Source: Azolla caroliniana (lineage: Eukaryota > Plantae > Polypodiophyta). Taken from it: a DNA stretch of 25,124 nucleotides. Shown one piece after another: positions 21,390-25,124 of the stretch. The stretch covers positions 1-25,124 of the forward strand of contig JBHGNT010000445.1 in assembly GCA_043228905.1 (NCBI GenBank). The letters run 5' to 3'. The translations under genes and the position numbers were made by a program. Within the stretch, counting starts at the first letter, position 1, and each line of letters starts with the position of its first letter. The notes below the pieces were generated by a model that did not search any database, had not been told where the DNA came from, and saw only the letters and a program-made list of their open reading frames with translations.

Positions 21390-24300
21390 ATGGCACCCAC
21401 GACTCAGAATCTTCAGGATTCGCTGCAGGCACAAAACCCTAGGAATAAGTTACCAAAACCATTTCCAAAACGCAACACAGACCATTATCGCTCTCCATCT
21501 CCATTGCTATCAAGATCAGAAACCCCATCTCGCCCTCATCACGCGAAGCGCTCTTGCTCTCAAGCCCTCTTCCGCTCTCATAACCTCTCTGATGGACTTC
21601 CACTTCCTGCTGCTCCTGTTGTAGCTCGCCCTCGCCTCGTCACTTTGCTTCACGCTTCCACACAGTTGAACCTAGCCTCCATCTCCACTATGCCTCTTAC
21701 CGCCTCAGTAGAAACCCGTGCCTGGCTCCAGGAACAAGGAATGGGCGGTTACCTGAAGATCATCGATGCCCCCGCGCACCCAGATGCCCAAACTGTGGCG
21801 AAACGTATAAGTCTCGAAGCCATCACCAACAACGTGCTTCGGGCTGTTTTGGACCTGCAACGGGGAGGGGACCATGAGGTCGACATACCCCCAGCATCAA
21901 AGATGAAGGCGTACTTCGGTGAGTACTCAGCCACAGGGAAGGCATATCGCACGTATGGCGGGCCCAACAAAGCTTTTGGGGAGATTGCTCGTATCTTGAT
22001 GGAGTATGCGTTCATGCATACGAACCCAACGAGCATGCCGCAGAACAAGGCAGCCATCATCATCAACGCTTATGAAGGAAACCGAATCGATTGGGGAATC
22101 ATCACAGGCGAGGGACTCCGCGCCGCCTTAGCTTCATTTCAGTCCGGTAAGAAGATGTTGTCTGTTCTTACCCACTTTTTGATGGTTCTATACCCACCCT
22201 CCTCGCTTCCTTCCCCGCGCACACTCACATCCCCACCACCACCACGAAGGCAGAGAGAGAAATTCGTGGCCATCAGCCACGAAGCATGGGAGGAGCCCAC
22301 ATCGCCTTCACCCCATGCCACCGACCAGAAAACCGCATCTGCTCCACCACCCGCCCAACCCCAACAAAAAAGGGTAGTTTTCGAGACCTACCAAGAATGG
22401 GAGGGGGAGGTAGCCGCGGCAGACAACACGGCCGATGACGTCACCATTCGACAGCCAACGTTGCGCCCCTCGGTAACGTCCCCAGGACCTAGCCCACGCT
22501 CCAACACACAGCAGGCTACATCACCACGACCCCAGAAAAGGAAGCAGGCGGAGGAAACGACACTACCGGCCATCACCCCTGCGGAGGCATCGCTGAACCA
22601 GGGAACGATCGAGCATGGGCAGACAACACAGATCTCGAAGGATGAAGTCCTCAGGTATAAGGACCTCCCCGCGGAGGCTTACGAATTTAGTGCGCTCCTC
22701 CGCCTCGGTACGTCATTCGAGCTAGTCGACTTCCTCGCTAGAGCCCAAGTCGCGGCAGCCGCTCGGATGGCGGAAGAGCACGCCGAAACAAAAATGATTC
22801 AACGCGCGCTAATAGGTGAAATTGAGCCCCAGGAGGACAGGGCGTTACAAAAAATCGAGAGGAAGAAGCAGGCAAAACAGGCCGCTCTCCTCATGGAGGT
22901 CCCCGAGTTGAACACGGTCCTTATCGAGGCATATCGAGACCTAGATCGCACTACGCGGGCGGCCAAAGACATGGCCCGAAAGATAAAAGTAGCCCAAAAA
23001 CAGGCTAAGATGGCTACAGAACTATGGCATGTTGCGAACCAGAAGCTGGCAGCCTGGGAGCAAAACCGGCTGGAACAACAAGTCCCGAGCCTTCCAGTAA
23101 CGACCACTGAGGCCCTCCCGTCGCCTCCACGCATAACGATGATGGATGAAAGCACCATCACCGACTCCATCCTGAAGGTGCAGGCCAGTACACAAACGAA
23201 CTCGTTACAAATGGTCGATGCCTGCACAACAACCGAGGCGGCCACGGCCGTGGAGCAAACCGAACTACCCGCACCGCGTGCAACCAAGGAGGTGGCAACC
23301 CAGACAGAACCCCCACTCCGGGATTACCGTGCGGAGCTTAAAGAAGAACAACGGTGAACCAAGAGACACGAGCAACGGCATCAAGAGGCGATGGCTCGCC
23401 TAAAAGAAGAAGCTTCCAAGCAGATGGCCGGGATAAGAGCCCAGGCCGACCAAAGGATATACGAGCAGAACGAAGCACTGGGTCGGGTACAAGCGCAAGC
23501 CGCGGCCAAGGAAGCCAAACTCAAAAGCAAGCTGGAGGAATACGCAGCCACAGTGGTGAAGAAAGAGACGGAGGTTCTAGACCTACAGGCCGCGCTCGAC
23601 AATGCACACGACTGGAACAAGCGGCAGGAGGAAAGAAATCGCGAACGGGAGGAGAGGATGAACGCGGAGAATGTCGAGCTGCAGAGTCAGCGTACGACCC
23701 TTAAAGAGATGGCTGACGAGTTTTTCATCAAACGCAAGCTACTTTCGGAGCAAAAAGACGCCTTATCGGATTCCTACTTCGCCCTTCAAGAAGAGAGAAT
23801 CGTCGAACGGGAACAAATCCGGGCCACGTGTCAGAAAGAACGGGAGCAGGCCACCGAAGAACTCACCAAGCGTTACGAGGAGGCTCTCCAGCTCGTAACC
23901 GCGATGCAAAAAACAGTCAGACCATCTATGAGCTAAAGACACAGAAGATTCAGGCCGAGGTCGACGGCTTAAAACAGGAATTAGCAGCCATCCGAGCACA
24001 GCCCGGCATGGATGAGACACGCATCCGCATACTGCTCGAAAAACAGCGCCAGCACCTTACCAAAAAGGTCGAGGAAACATTAAGTCGTGTAGGAGACGAA
24101 TGGGCAGCCCAAGCTGCCGAATTGCATATTTTACGCACCGACGCCGAGAACCGACGGAAGGAGGGCCGCGGCTTCTACAAAATGGACAAAGCCAACATTC
24201 AAAACCTGCGTGCAGATTTAACCGAGGATTACCAATCCCTGGCAAAATCTCACACCGCGGCAATCGAGCAAATAATGGAGGACTTCAATGACGGTCATAT

Positions 24301-24670
24301 GTTGTTTCGCCTGGAAGCAGAAGCCTTCGAACGAGAACGACTCGCAGCCATCCCCACCAGCCCTCCAACGGCCACAGAGCAGAAAGAGGAACCTCCTAGC
24401 GAGGAGATCACGGACACGGCACAGGAAGAACTTGCCCCGGCCAACAGACATCCCATGGACGTCCACACGGTACCAGAACCTGTCGAAGGAGAGGCCAGCG
24501 CCCACGAACCCACACCCCCACCAGAAGAATCGGTCGCACCCGAGGCGGACGCTCGAGAAGAGATGGCACCCCCGGACCAAACTCAAACCCCCGCACCGAC
24601 AGTTCAACCAGACCACCCTGCCACCACCCCGGACCCCGAAAGCATCCTCGACATCTTAAAGGAGGAATGA
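21390..24670 (+). pseudogene. Extra 3' (env-position) ORF of the gypsy element, about 1093 aa reconstructed; one nonsense codon and one frameshift
   Basis: Track ORFs 21390-23357 and 23391-23936 share a frame, separated by TGA 23355-23357. A one-base loss, probably in the A6 run at 23908-23913, joins them to the frame ending at 24670. It comprises a globular segment (AYEGNRIDWGII...LTHFLMVLY), a Pro/Ser/Thr linker, long coiled coils and an acidic Pro-rich tail. Confidence 0.75.
24658..24667 (+). other. Candidate polypurine tract (PPT)
   Basis: AAAGGAGGAA immediately followed by TG (24668-24669); short, and there is no second LTR to confirm it. Confidence 0.35.
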
Positions 24671-25124
24671 AACGAGGATCACGCCTAAAAGGCAATTTTT
24701 TGTAATATTGTAGTATTTTGTAAGTTGTGGGTCCGACGGACACGGTCCTGTCCCACGAGCGTGCCAGGTGTTGTCCAGAGGACAGAAATGTAAAATTAGG
24801 AAATTAGCAAACGCCGAGTCCGAGTATCACGGGCCACCGATGGCTCGGTTGTGTGTTAGGGGAAAAGTTATTTAAACGAGGAGCAGTACCTCAGAAAGAG
24901 AGAGAAGAAAATTATAGGCGGAACCACTAGCTTAGTCATTCGAATTAGATAAACTCGTAAGGTCATCGGCCGTAAGCCGTGTTCTGTAATCTTTTTTTGC
25001 CATAGTAATATATCTTAATTGTGCCTATTTTGCTGCATGAGTCTGTGTTTCGATCTATACCTATGAGTTTCACGCCGCCACATTTATCAAAACCTCGCTA
25101 GTGTTTTCTCTCTGAGCCCTGTAT
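24668..25124 (+). repeat. Probable 3' LTR (partial)
   Basis: Non-coding sequence after the extra ORF with a TATA-like TTATTTAAA (about 24868-24876), a GA-rich stretch, then TGTAA/AATATA and T-rich elements typical of U3-R-U5. Boundaries cannot be verified without a partner LTR. Confidence 0.5.

Larger units (their letters stand above)
18176..25124 (+). mobile_element. Ty3/gypsy LTR retrotransposon, non-chromovirus Athila-like, 5'-truncated (no 5' LTR, PBS or gag) and running off the window
   Basis: Domain order PR(C-terminal)-RT-RNase H-INT; no chromodomain; no additional RNase H between RH and INT; extra sense ORF downstream of INT. Confidence 0.9.

Noticed and set aside
23900-23920. Programmed -1 frameshift at the A6 run in the extra ORF
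   Set aside because: In the zero frame it reads ATG CAA AAA ACA, not a canonical X XXY YYZ heptamer; a single-base homopolymer deletion or sequencing error is simpler.

Overview
Eukaryotic land-plant genomic DNA; a fern or other non-seed plant is my inference from the TE types. The left 10.5 kb holds two host genes on the minus strand: a long single-exon OVATE-family protein (588-3020) and a six-exon ATN1/STY-type Raf-like kinase (10175-6684, 450 aa after manual splicing). About 10.9-16.4 kb is AT-rich intergenic DNA that I cannot assign. From about 16.66 kb there is a composite retroelement. It starts with the 5' part of a LINE: a coiled-coil plus L1/Tnp_22-type ORF1 and the N-terminal half of an APE endonuclease in the same frame, separated by one TAG. 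This is joined in frame at about 18176 to the protease C-terminus, RT and RNase H of a non-chromovirus (Athila-like) Ty3/gypsy element. The gypsy element lacks its 5' LTR and gag, has an internally deleted integrase, and carries a ~1093-codon extra 3' ORF followed by a probable PPT and 3' LTR running off the window. Most notable: clustered LC8-type TQT motifs between coiled coils in the extra ORF, the in-frame LINE/LTR chimera, the animal/algal-style LINE ORF1 with a possible readthrough junction, and a minisatellite upstream of the OVATE gene that spells an array of minimal uORFs.
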